A DNA stretch of 64,000 bases, from assembly GCA_030696635.1 (NCBI GenBank), contig JAUYRX010000024.1, positions 41,401-105,400 on the forward strand, given 5' to 3'. The notes beneath the pieces were generated by a model that saw only the letters and a list, made by a program, of their open reading frames with translations, was not told the DNA's origin and searched no databases. Source of the stretch: Candidatus Melainabacteria bacterium (GTDB taxonomy: Bacteria; Cyanobacteriota; Vampirovibrionia; Obscuribacterales; Obscuribacteraceae). Position numbers and translations under genes: made by a program. Every line of letters starts with the position of its first letter. Positions within the stretch are counted from its first letter, which is position 1. Shown here one piece after another: positions 39,456 to 48,875 of the stretch.

Positions 39456-40178
39456 ATGAAAAAGTACTATGACAGTGCCGCGTTCAACGTGCACACAAGC
39501 TTTGCTATCAATCCAGAGCGCATTAGTGTAATCGAATCACTCTATCCAGGCTGCATAGAAGTGCACTTGAGCAACTACATCTACACCAGTCGCATCACTC
39601 CAGCTGGCGGAGCGGGCCTCACCATTGCTGGCGAAGTCGCCTCTGTATCAGACGGGTCAAGACTATATGGCCGTCTTGCTCTGCTCTCTGGATTCTTGGA
39701 AGTATTCGAGATAGCAAGCAATTACGACGACGTAGTTGTGCTGCGCCCCACCGGCTTAGGTCTTGGCATTAACTGGAAACTCTTTCAAGAATTCACAGAG
39801 CGCAAGAGTTCAAAGAAAAAGCTGCAGAAAACCTGGCAATGCTCAGCCCAAAAGCACCTACACAAGGCTCGTAGTCTTATACAAAAGCAGACAGGCAGCC
39901 TAGCTGGGCAGATACTTTCTGACAATGGTCCGTTCTTTCTCCGCGAGCGCACTAAGGTTTGCTCATCAGAAACAGCCATTGTCGCGCACACAGTAGAGCA
40001 AGCCAAACTTGTCGCCCGCAGCCGCATCAACGACCTAATGCAAGAAGGCTGGGCCTGCGGAGAAGAGTCTTGTCTCCGAGGAAACCGGCAAAAAGCCTCA
40101 GACAGCACTGTTGCTTGGCTCTGCCAGAAGCATGAAACAAGCAAGTGGCTGAGCATTCGCTGTGGTACAAGCAACTAA
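39456..40178 (+). CDS. Hypothetical 240-aa protein
   Basis: GGAGA SD. No motif recognised. Confidence 0.55.
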   Translation: MKKYYDSAAFNVHTSFAINPERISVIESLYPGCIEVHLSNYIYTSRITPAGGAGLTIAGEVASVSDGSRLYGRLALLSGFLEVFEIASNYDDVVVLRPTGLGLGINWKLFQEFTERKSSKKKLQKTWQCSAQKHLHKARSLIQKQTGSLAGQILSDNGPFFLRERTKVCSSETAIVAHTVEQAKLVARSRINDLMQEGWACGEESCLRGNRQKASDSTVAWLCQKHETSKWLSIRCGTSN

Positions 40179-40241
40179 ATTTCTATTTTTTACAACACCT
40201 TTATGTGCGCCTAGAAATAGGCGCCGATCACGGGAACTAAC

Positions 40242-40900
40242 ATGTTATGGGTAATTTTTACAGCGTTTTTAGCCCTCGTTGGTGGGCTCACAGGCTGGAG
40301 CTTAGGTGGTCAACCATCTGCCATAGCCTTCACCATCGTCGGTGCCTTCGTCGCTGTTGGCATTAGAGATTTAACACACCACAAACACGCTATTGTTAGT
40401 GTCACTATTCTGGCCACCACTCTCGGTTGTTACTGGTACATGATTCTTTGATTCAGCACACCCACGCTATCCCGCATAACTATCCACTGATTGGCTGGCT
40501 GCGCTATGGCTTCGAATTAGTCGGTGATGAACTGCGCCAATATTGGTTTATGTCTGACACAGAAGAAAAGCCCTATAACCGCATCACCAGACGCTATGTT
40601 TACCGCATGGCTAAGAAGTTGAACAACAGCATCGGCTTCGGCAAACAACGTGATTATCGCGGCGTTGGTCAAATTCATATGCTCCCGTCTAGCTTTCCGG
40701 TTCCAGAATCAGAACGCGATGACACTCTTCCGCCGTTAATCATTGGGTCAAAACGGCGCACTCCATACACTTGCCCCTGGCCCATAAATATCAGCGGCAT
40801 GAGCTTTGGCGCACTATCAGAAGAAGCTGTAATGGCACTTTCAAGTGGCGCCAAAATGGCCAACATTCACATAGTCACTGGTGAAGCTAGTTGGAACTAG
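40242..40900 (+). pseudogene. Frameshifted and 3'-truncated FMN-binding glutamate-synthase-family (GltB domain 2-like) gene
   Basis: Two overlapping ORFs in different frames (40242-40451 and 40427-40900). Motifs: TM plus IRDLTHHKHAI, then HDSLIQHTHAIPHNYPLIGWLRYGFELVGDELRQYW, EEKPYNRITRRYVY and PINISGMSFGALSEEA..TGE. It stops where homologues continue for more than 300 aa. Confidence 0.65.
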
Positions 40901-41317
40901 ACTTCTGGCTCTGCGTTTGTTTGACACTGGCAACTTTTGTGCACCCTTCATTCAAGCATCCATTTTGGCTGTCTAAAATGAGCTGGTGCACAAGCTTTTG
41001 CTAATCTAAAAGCCACCGTAGTGCAAAAGATTCTTTTTTCAATCTTATCAGTAGACCGGTCAACTAATTGAGTAAAAGCAAACAAGATCAGTCCCTCAAC
41101 GCTTTGCCCTCTTCAAGGCAGCGAGCCTTAAGTCGAGCAACCAAATAAATCCCGACACCAAGGTTAATTAGCACAACGAGCAAAAGGGAACGGTCCAAAA
41201 GGCCGCCGAGCCTTGCGGGCCATACGTGTATTCTCCTCAGCCATGGGAGAAGCCCCATTGTTAACCAGGGCAATAGATCATAAATTGCTTATGTAGATAA
41301 ATCTGAACAGGTTTTTG

Positions 41318-43321
41318 ATGCCAATAGAAAACCACGGCAGCGACAAGCAGAATAACCACACTGCATCAGAACAGAACCCGGCGATTGCGGCCTTGCGTCT
41401 TGAGTTGCAGATGCACAAAGAACAAGCTGCCCAAAACGGTTTAATCGGCAAAGCTCTAACATCAGCCACTGAATTTTTGCACGGCAGTCACGCCAGCGGC
41501 GAAAAGGTAGAACAGCTAGCCGAAAACATTGCCCAGCAGACAAAATCTGGAAATATTCAAGCTGCTCAAGAATTGGCCAGAGATGCCAAAGCCGTCATCG
41601 AAGCAGACAAGAAAGCATTAGAAAGAGCCGCTCAAATTAGCATGTACGGCACGGGCCTAGTGCAATCAATTGGCCTCTTCTTGCCCGGCAAAGTTGGTTA
41701 TGCAGTAACAGCCGGAACAGCCGCTTTAGACGCTTACAAGCCGGGTTCAAATAGTTCGCTCAGCGAACAAGTGGCTGATATGGGCCTAGCCGTGACCAAA
41801 GCTACCGGTCTCAAAGCCTCATTTGGCTATGCCGCTAAACACAACTGGGGTGTGGCCAGCACTGCTGTCGGTCTGGGAGTTCTTTCACGTGTTTCAGAAA
41901 CGGCCCTAACCAGAAGCACATACTTAGATAACAATGGCAATTACAGCGCTCGTCTAGGAGCTGAGCGCACACTAGAAGCTTCAACCAATACCAGCGCACT
42001 TGCCAGTGAAGTAGGTTCACTAATAATCGCCAGAGGCGTTCTGGGCAAAATGAAACTATCGGGTGGCCCTGCCACCGATAACAAGATGTTTGCCCTTGTG
42101 GCCACAGGCGGTGTTTTTGGGGCATCAAAAGGAAGCACCGATGAAATTATCCGCCAGAGCAAAGCCGGCGTGTTTGAGCCAGGCCAGTTTGCCACTCATG
42201 TTCTCGCCAGCGCCGCAACCAATATGGTCGGTGCAGCTATCGGCGGCAGATACGCCAGACTTGGTCAGCCAAAAGAGGCTCAGGCCTTGGCCCCTCAGAG
42301 CAAGCCAATTGCTGATGCCACAAGCGAACTACCAAAACGACTAGAAGCTCATAATTACGCACTAACACGAAACTTCCCCGGCTCGACAGCCCGCGAATAT
42401 CAAATAGTAGGCAGCAAAGTGCCAATTGCTGAAATGATGACTAATTCTAGCCAAGCAGCTGCTCTGACCCGAGTGCGCGAAGTCAAAGCAGATGGCCAAT
42501 TGGGACCAATACAAAGGCTTCTGATACAACACACAGACAATACCACCGCCATCAGCAGCGCCCTTGCGGCAAAAGCTGATTTGATTGCCACATGCAACCC
42601 CAAAACCTTGCCTTTAGACTTGCAAGGCAAACATATTATTCCATCTGCTCAAAGCCTCTGGCTCACCCAAGAGAGCAGTGGTCGTCTGCGCTTTTCCGAT
42701 TTCCTTCCCACTGGCCTCAAGCCCGATCAATTGGCACCAGTTAAACTTGGACAAAAAACTGTAAGTGAACTATTACTTGGTCCAGAAACACCAAAACACT
42801 TTGAAGATACTCACGACAAAGTAGCCATGGCTAGAGCGATGAGACATTTCAAAACGCCAGTAAGATATTTCAACGGTGGCGCCGATAGTATCGCCTTCGA
42901 ACTACCAGACAGAAGTATTCTCAAGATTACTGATAAAGGATGGGACCCATCTTGGGGCTCCAGAGAAATCTGGACAAAAGATGGCATGAGACGAATCGAC
43001 GCACCAATTTTGCAAAAGCCACAAACCATAGATTTGCCTGAAGCACCGGTTACATATTTCGTTCAAAAGAGGCTGCTTTCACCTGTTGCAGAAAAAGACG
43101 TAAAATTGTTCGATGCCCTAATTGAACGAGACGCTAAATTTAAGTTCTGGGATAACGACTTCAAAGCTCATGGTAGAAATCAGCTTGGCTATGACGAGAA
43201 AACCAGACAGCTCTATTTAATTGACTACGATGCCGTGCGCCTACCACACTTAGTGCCAGATCAAGCCGGATCCGGTGGTACCTCTTGGTTCCAACGCCGT
43301 TACGATGTTTCACCGTTTTGA
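41318..43321 (+). CDS. Large hypothetical protein: coiled-coil N-terminus, Gly/Ala-rich module, C-terminal minimal kinase-like domain
   Basis: 667 aa from ATG 41318. Gly/Ala-rich segments: MYGTGLVQSIGLFLPGKVGYAVTAGTAALDAY and VATGGVFGASKG. C-terminus: FNGGADSIAFEL, SILKIT, FWDNDFKAHGRNQLGY, LYLIDYD. Confidence 0.65.
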   Translation: MPIENHGSDKQNNHTASEQNPAIAALRLELQMHKEQAAQNGLIGKALTSATEFLHGSHASGEKVEQLAENIAQQTKSGNIQAAQELARDAKAVIEADKKALERAAQISMYGTGLVQSIGLFLPGKVGYAVTAGTAALDAYKPGSNSSLSEQVADMGLAVTKATGLKASFGYAAKHNWGVASTAVGLGVLSRVSETALTRSTYLDNNGNYSARLGAERTLEASTNTSALASEVGSLIIARGVLGKMKLSGGPATDNKMFALVATGGVFGASKGSTDEIIRQSKAGVFEPGQFATHVLASAATNMVGAAIGGRYARLGQPKEAQALAPQSKPIADATSELPKRLEAHNYALTRNFPGSTAREYQIVGSKVPIAEMMTNSSQAAALTRVREVKADGQLGPIQRLLIQHTDNTTAISSALAAKADLIATCNPKTLPLDLQGKHIIPSAQSLWLTQESSGRLRFSDFLPTGLKPDQLAPVKLGQKTVSELLLGPETPKHFEDTHDKVAMARAMRHFKTPVRYFNGGADSIAFELPDRSILKITDKGWDPSWGSREIWTKDGMRRIDAPILQKPQTIDLPEAPVTYFVQKRLLSPVAEKDVKLFDALIERDAKFKFWDNDFKAHGRNQLGYDEKTRQLYLIDYDAVRLPHLVPDQAGSGGTSWFQRRYDVSPF

Positions 43322-43694
43322 ATGACTAGGGCTTTTCCCCTAAGGCAAAACTAAATCGAGATCGAGATCGCCACACATTAGACACCATTGGCTCATAGTA
43401 TAGGGGCAGGTGGCACTGAGAGGTAAAGGCAATGCTTGGCATAGATTCAGTTCTTCTCTTTGATATAGCCCTTTGTTTGGTAGCAGCACTCTGCTTAGAC
43501 AATGTGCAATTCTAGTGGCCAAAGCGCAGATATTATTCTCTCCTTTCAGCTCCCAGGCGAAGATTCTTCTTTGACCACCACAGAATTTCTCACTTAACCA
43601 CATTAATGGCTGTAGCAGTGCACTGCAATCCCCGAAGCCGGCAGACGATAGGCACCAGATGCAGTGCAGGCTATTCCGACAACACATACCAAAC

Positions 43695-44282
43695 TTAATT
43701 GCTACCCTGAGCTCTCGTCTCGTTATGATTACCCAAGACTGACAAACTAGGTTGTCTGGTGCCAGCTTTCCAGGTGACAGTGTTATTGTTGCCGGTAATT
43801 GAAATCGCTGCAATGTTCTCGCAGATGACCTCATTATTGTTACCAGTAATAGAAAGCACACGGCAATTGCCATTGAGCCTAATTGTGCAATTATTACTGA
43901 AAATAGTACAGCTATCACCATTGCACATATAAGTAGCTTCTAAGTTGTTGGCCGAAACCATTATGTTCTTACCAGTCGCTAGGTTGCCTGGAATCACAGT
44001 AGTATTTACCGTCGTTTGGTTAATCACCGACGTTCTACTGGCACCCGAGTTCTTTTTTGATACTTGGGTAACTGTCTTGATTGTTTTGACATTGGCACGA
44101 CCGACTTTCGCGCTTGTGGCGGGGATTTTAACAGTATTACTTCCAGACTGTACAAAGACACCATCAGGACCGACTTTAACAGTGTTTCCATCCCCAGTAC
44201 TGAGCTCAATTTGCGCTAAAGCAGGAGATGTTACGCCAAGCAGGACAACTAGAGACAGCAGCAGAGAACTGTATGATTTCAT
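43695..44282 (-). CDS. Secreted DUF3060-like repeat protein
   Basis: Start set to ATG 44282 (MKSYSSLLLSLVVLLGVTSPALA signal peptide) with GGAGGTG SD. C-terminal NGDSCTIFSNNCTIRLNGNCRVLSITGNNNEVICENIAAISITGNNNTVTW. Confidence 0.7.
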   Translation of the reverse strand: MKSYSSLLLSLVVLLGVTSPALAQIELSTGDGNTVKVGPDGVFVQSGSNTVKIPATSAKVGRANVKTIKTVTQVSKKNSGASRTSVINQTTVNTTVIPGNLATGKNIMVSANNLEATYMCNGDSCTIFSNNCTIRLNGNCRVLSITGNNNEVICENIAAISITGNNNTVTWKAGTRQPSLSVLGNHNETRAQGSN

Positions 44283-44464
44283 GCTCACCTCCCAACAACA
44301 AAAACACCTAGTGAGTTTAGCCAAACTACAATCACATGTCTAGCTCAAGAGCAGACTGCGTATTCTCCCCCAGTAACTGACACAGATTCGCCACCGATGC
44401 CCACTAAGCTGCAAGTATGCAATGCAGAAATGCAGCAAATGAGTGAATCAAGTGGGGCAATTCA

Positions 44465-44896
44465 ATGACAGACTTCAATGCCATTTATAGACCTGAAACC
44501 GAAGCTGAAAAACAAGCTAAATCAAAGTATGATGAGAACAGAGAAACAAGCAAAGCGCTCTATAACTCTTTGGACAATGGCGACTACCTTGCGGCAGGAA
44601 AAATCTTGCAAGAGGCAGGCTCGTGCAAATGGGATAAGCTATTGAGAGACTCCGCCACTAGCAGCTTTAGGCCAAAGCCCTATGAAACGCACTACTTGAT
44701 GGACAAAGATAAAACCAGCGTGGAGATAATCGAAAAGATTTGGAGCCGCAGCGAAGGTAAACCAAATGTCTACGTACCGCGCCTGACAGTAACAGACGAC
44801 AGCTGTAGGGAAACTGTGAAGAAAGAAGCCAGCTTACACAAAGAGGCTAAGTCAAGCGACGCAGGCGGTAACCAACTCGAGGAATATTCTCAATAA
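44465..44896 (+). CDS. Hypothetical 143-aa protein
   Basis: Polar, protein-like composition. Its 3' end overlaps the convergent response-regulator gene by 50 nt. Confidence 0.45.
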   Translation: MTDFNAIYRPETEAEKQAKSKYDENRETSKALYNSLDNGDYLAAGKILQEAGSCKWDKLLRDSATSSFRPKPYETHYLMDKDKTSVEIIEKIWSRSEGKPNVYVPRLTVTDDSCRETVKKEASLHKEAKSSDAGGNQLEEYSQ

Positions 44897-45530
44897 ACGA
44901 TTGAGCATCACTATCGCCGACATCAAGCTTCTGCCGCAAGCGCTTTATTGAAGTGCGCAGGGCATCTGAAGTTGCTTCGGCGTCGGAGCCCCAGATTCTC
45001 TGCAAAAGAGCCTCAGAACTGAAAACTTCATCTAAGTGACGCATCATAAATTCAAGCAATTCAAAGTCGCGCGGCAGCAAATGAATTTCCACACCGCCTT
45101 TGGTGATTCTGCGCTTAACCACATCGAGCTCAAGATATCCGTTGGTAATGACATTAGTGACAACTGCTTGGGGCCGGCGAAGAAGGGCCCGCAAACGCGC
45201 TGATAACTCTTTGAGATTAAATGGCTTAGTCAGATAATCATCAACCCCAGAATCAAAACCTTCAACTTTCTCAGTAATTTGGCTCTTAGCCGTGAGCATG
45301 ATCACTGGAGCCACTCCGCCAGCCGCTCTGTATCGGCCACAAATCGCCGGCCCGGAGAGCCCCGGCAAATTCCAGTCTAGAATGACCACGTCGTAATTAT
45401 ACTGACGCAAAAATTCCCAGCCCGTCAGACCATCATGAGCCACCTCAACTGTATAGCCATCGGCGTTGAGCCACTCATTGACAACAGCTGACAAGTCTTT
45501 GTCATCTTCTACGAAGAGGATTTGGGGCAT
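44847..45530 (-). CDS. OmpR-family response regulator
   Basis: ILFVEDD, VILDWNLPGLSG, LTAK, KPF, and a winged helix ending in PRVGYRL. AAGGAAG SD. Confidence 0.9.
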   Translation of the reverse strand: MPQILFVEDDKDLSAVVNEWLNADGYTVEVAHDGLTGWEFLRQYNYDVVILDWNLPGLSGPAICGRYRAAGGVAPVIMLTAKSQITEKVEGFDSGVDDYLTKPFNLKELSARLRALLRRPQAVVTNVITNGYLELDVVKRRITKGGVEIHLLPRDFELLEFMMRHLDEVFSSEALLQRIWGSDAEATSDALRTSIKRLRQKLDVGDSDAQSFIENIPRVGYRLRRLT

Positions 45531-45672
45531 TGCGCTTCCTTGACACCGTTACTAGTATTGTTTTGCTTCGACAAATTTAAGCGAGTGTATCATGCCAATA
45601 GGCTGATGATAATAGTGGTTTTAAGTAAAGCAGTTAAGGGGATATTGCAGGCATGATCACAAGTGGGCATCA

Positions 45673-47553
45673 ATGCGGCTTTCTCTAGCAGCCAAAGGTT
45701 TAATTCTAGTCTCCATTCCCCTTTTCTTCGAAGTGGGCGTAGTGGCCGTGCTCGTCAACCTGCAAAAGCAGGCGGAGACCGAAACGGCCAACTCGCAGCG
45801 CTCAAGAAAGGTAGCTGCCGGCATTAGCCGCTTGTCAGCCGAGCTGTTTGACCTCTGGCAAAATGTTGTACCCAAATTGAAGAAACAATGGGCCACAACA
45901 GGCAATTTTGACCAAAGTTACAAAAACGCAATTGACAAGCTCAATGCCGAATACGCTGAGTTAGAGAGCTTGTGTACCGATCAACCAGAAATTCAGAGCA
46001 GACTAAAACAGTCACGAATAATTCTCACTAACGCCCAAAAAATTCTCGACCATGCAGCAGCCTCGATGGAAAGCGGCTTTGGACCAGCCATGGACAAAGA
46101 AGATATTGCAGTCTTGCGAAATATGCCCGCCACCATTCGTCAACTAGGCGAGAAAAACCAGGAATTAGAAGCCATATATAGGCGCGATTGGGCAGATAGA
46201 AGCCCAAATCGTCAGTCTGAATTGAGAGAGCAAACCCTAGGCGTAGCAGCAATTGCTGCTGTTTTTAACGTCGTTCTCAGTATTGCTCTAGCCATCTTTT
46301 TGTTGAAAGACGTCACCGGCAGGCTACAAATTCTCAAAGACAACGCTGCCAGACTGGCAGCCGGCATGCAATTGCGAGCGCCCCTGCAAGGCAATGACGA
46401 AATCGCCGAAGCAGACCGCGTCTTTCGCAAAATGGCTCGGGCTCTAACTGATTTAAGCCACAAAGAACGGGCGGTAATCGAAAACGCTCTTGATACCATA
46501 TGTGCCATCGACAAAGACGGCCGTTTTCTGAGCGTAAACCCAGCTAGCTTCGGCTTATTTGGCCTCGAACCAGATGAGTTAATTGGCTCGCGACTGGTAG
46601 ATGTAATTGCCGAAAGCAGCAGAGAAGATATCCTCGCCTGGACGGCTAGCCTAAGAAACAACTCTGGAGAGCAAGAACGTGAATTCTTAGTGCGTCGCCG
46701 CACTAGCCAAAACGGTAATAGTTTTGTCGATACGCTTTGGTCGGGCCACTGGTCTGAAGTTGAGCGCTCACTCTTCTTTGTCGTTCACGACATGACCGAT
46801 CGCAAAGAGCTAGAGCGAGCCAGGCAAGAGCTTGTTGCTATGTTTACCCACGATTTGCGCTTGCCCCTGAGCACAATTCAAGGAACACTTGAAATGGCAG
46901 ATGCTGGCCTGCTAGGCCAATTAAATGAGCGCGGCGAGAGGCTAATAAAAGCAGCAGAACGCAATGGCATCAGAATGATTGGACTAATTAACGACTTGCT
47001 TGATATCGAAAAAATTAAATCTGGCACCATGACACTAACTAGCGAGATAGTTGGGCTCGATGATGTATTTAATGACGTCAAACTCAATGTCGCAGCCTTA
47101 ACCGAAGAAGGCCACATTCATTTTGAGTGCCAACCAACCAAGCTAGCCGTGGTAGCAGACAAAGAAAAGCTTAATCGTGTGATCTTCAATCTTGTCTCGA
47201 ATGCTATTAAATTCTCCCCTCCACAAAGCCGCATTATTCTGGCTGCATCTGTCAGCACCAACGAATCAGAGAAGAGAGAACTAGGCAAAAAAGATCCAGC
47301 ACACAACCAATCAGCAACACAATTTGTCGAAATAACAGTAAGCGATCAAGGCCCTGGCATTCCACCAGATATGGTATCAACCATTTTTGAGCGTTTTCAA
47401 CAAGTGTCAGATTCAACACACAATAGCAAGGGCGGAACGGGGCTTGGGCTAACCATTTGCAAAGAAATAGTCAATATGCACGGCGGCAAAATCTGGGTCA
47501 CTAACGGCAAAGAGAAAGGCAGTGTATTTCACTTCACTATTCCTTGTGCCTAA
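45673..47553 (+). CDS. Sensor histidine kinase (TM, helical sensor, TM, HAMP, PAS, HisKA, HATPase)
   Basis: H-box MFTHDLRLPLSTIQG. NLVSNAIKFSP, DQGPGIP, GGTGLGLTICKEIV. PAS block ICAIDKDGRFLSVNPA. It is divergent from the RR gene. Confidence 0.9.
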   Translation: MRLSLAAKGLILVSIPLFFEVGVVAVLVNLQKQAETETANSQRSRKVAAGISRLSAELFDLWQNVVPKLKKQWATTGNFDQSYKNAIDKLNAEYAELESLCTDQPEIQSRLKQSRIILTNAQKILDHAAASMESGFGPAMDKEDIAVLRNMPATIRQLGEKNQELEAIYRRDWADRSPNRQSELREQTLGVAAIAAVFNVVLSIALAIFLLKDVTGRLQILKDNAARLAAGMQLRAPLQGNDEIAEADRVFRKMARALTDLSHKERAVIENALDTICAIDKDGRFLSVNPASFGLFGLEPDELIGSRLVDVIAESSREDILAWTASLRNNSGEQEREFLVRRRTSQNGNSFVDTLWSGHWSEVERSLFFVVHDMTDRKELERARQELVAMFTHDLRLPLSTIQGTLEMADAGLLGQLNERGERLIKAAERNGIRMIGLINDLLDIEKIKSGTMTLTSEIVGLDDVFNDVKLNVAALTEEGHIHFECQPTKLAVVADKEKLNRVIFNLVSNAIKFSPPQSRIILAASVSTNESEKRELGKKDPAHNQSATQFVEITVSDQGPGIPPDMVSTIFERFQQVSDSTHNSKGGTGLGLTICKEIVNMHGGKIWVTNGKEKGSVFHFTIPCA

Positions 47554-47603
47554 TGTTAAAAATGGATTGTCGCAAGTTCCGCCAAGAGGAAAGCAGCCGA
47601 TTA

Positions 47604-47642
47604 CTCAGCTGCTTCTCTCTGCCACCCCCGTGGAGCCCTTTG
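47604..47642. repeat. Paralogous intergenic element, copy B, left part
   Basis: CTCAGCTGCTTCTCTCTGCCACCCCCGTGGAGCCCTTTG versus copy A at 11499-11535. Confidence 0.6.
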
Positions 47643-47657
47643 TATGATGGTCAATTC

Positions 47658-48773
47658 TCACTCTCTGGTAGGTCTGGTACCAGTAGGATAGAACGTCGCA
47701 TCATCAATTGAACCTTGGTCCAATTGCAAATCTGGTCTAATGGTAGTGTTGCCATCACTGTAGATACTTGGACCAAAATCAAGAGTGTCATCTCCTGCTC
47801 TCAAGCCAACACCAGCGCCAACACTAGAATTCTCACTATCTAAATCAAAATGACCACCCGTACGAACACCGACTAGATCTGCTACGTCAGTATTAGCACC
47901 AGTATAAGCATGAACACCCTCTGGACCGACACCAGCACCCGCTTCAGCTTCTACATCAACAGGATAAACTCGACCACGAACATCGCCATCAACACCGGTA
48001 TTTCTGCCGACACGAGCATCAAAATCTGCGTCGCCATTGACGATATTGAAGAAGTTAGCACCGGCACCAACATCGCCACGCACACCATCCTCACTAAAGT
48101 TGACTCCGGCACCTGTTCGAGCGTGAATTGGTCCACCAATTGGCATGAACTCAGCATCAACCCGGGTGTTAGCACCAAGCTGTAGATCGGTTTTAGCTAC
48201 ACCGATATTTACACCAGCTTCAAGGGAGCCACCATCGTTATAGCCAAGTTTGACGATGCCCAAATCAAGGCCATGAAATTCAGGCTTAGGCTGATTGTAG
48301 ACAGCATCATAAGCTGGGCTATTGGATGTCGGTGGAGCGAAACGACTATCAGGAGCATAGCCAGGGTGCTTGATACGATTATCAGCGTCGGCGTCAGCTG
48401 GCGGAATTGGAAGATTCTTGTCATCAAGAGCTCTGATGTCGCTTATCTCAATAACACCATCATCTTGAGCATCGACTGGTTGGGCAGCTCTTCTTTGCTG
48501 TCTTACTACTTTTGGTTGGTGGCGAACCTTCTTCGCTTCGGCTTCTTCAGCAACACCATCCATGGCGTTGTTCCACTCTTTCTTGTTGTATTTATGCTTA
48601 TGCTCATTGTTCTTATCAACAATTGCCAAAGCCTTATCCCAGTCTTGAGGATTCTTACTGTTCCAGAGATCCCAGGCCACACGAGCGTCAGCCACATCAG
48701 CTGCCATATTTGCTTGGTTATCGCCATGCTTGTGGCTATGTTTACCGTGATCTGCGTGGTTTGACTTGTCCAT
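47658..48773 (-). CDS. Hypothetical protein: His/Lys-rich N-terminus and a Gly/Asp/Val/Asn-rich repetitive C-terminal half
   Basis: MDKSNHADHGKHSHKHGDNQ. C-terminal GVNIGVAKTDLQLGANTRVDAEF...GAGVNFSEDGVRGDVGAGANFF...GRNTGVDGDVRGRVYPVDVEAEAGAGVG. AGAGGAA SD. Confidence 0.6.
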   Translation of the reverse strand: MDKSNHADHGKHSHKHGDNQANMAADVADARVAWDLWNSKNPQDWDKALAIVDKNNEHKHKYNKKEWNNAMDGVAEEAEAKKVRHQPKVVRQQRRAAQPVDAQDDGVIEISDIRALDDKNLPIPPADADADNRIKHPGYAPDSRFAPPTSNSPAYDAVYNQPKPEFHGLDLGIVKLGYNDGGSLEAGVNIGVAKTDLQLGANTRVDAEFMPIGGPIHARTGAGVNFSEDGVRGDVGAGANFFNIVNGDADFDARVGRNTGVDGDVRGRVYPVDVEAEAGAGVGPEGVHAYTGANTDVADLVGVRTGGHFDLDSENSSVGAGVGLRAGDDTLDFGPSIYSDGNTTIRPDLQLDQGSIDDATFYPTGTRPTRE

Positions 48774-48875
48774 GGAATATTCCTCTTGGGGGAAGGCGAA
48801 ATAACTGTATTCGTTTTAAAAGCGCGCAGGCATCCAACTGCAAGCCTTGGGCTTATTCAGTGAAAACATATTCGG

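Noticed and set aside
41088-41543. Minus-strand ORFs 41088-41273, 41278-41469 and 41289-41543
   Set aside because: Their composition is Trp/Arg/Cys/Leu-rich. Two of them are antisense to the start of the 667-aa gene, and one contains a terminator-like hairpin inside it.
43340-43921. 193-aa minus-strand ORF
   Set aside because: It is rich in Cys, Trp and Arg. It overlaps the well-supported DUF3060-like gene in another frame, and the rest falls in the convergent intergenic region.
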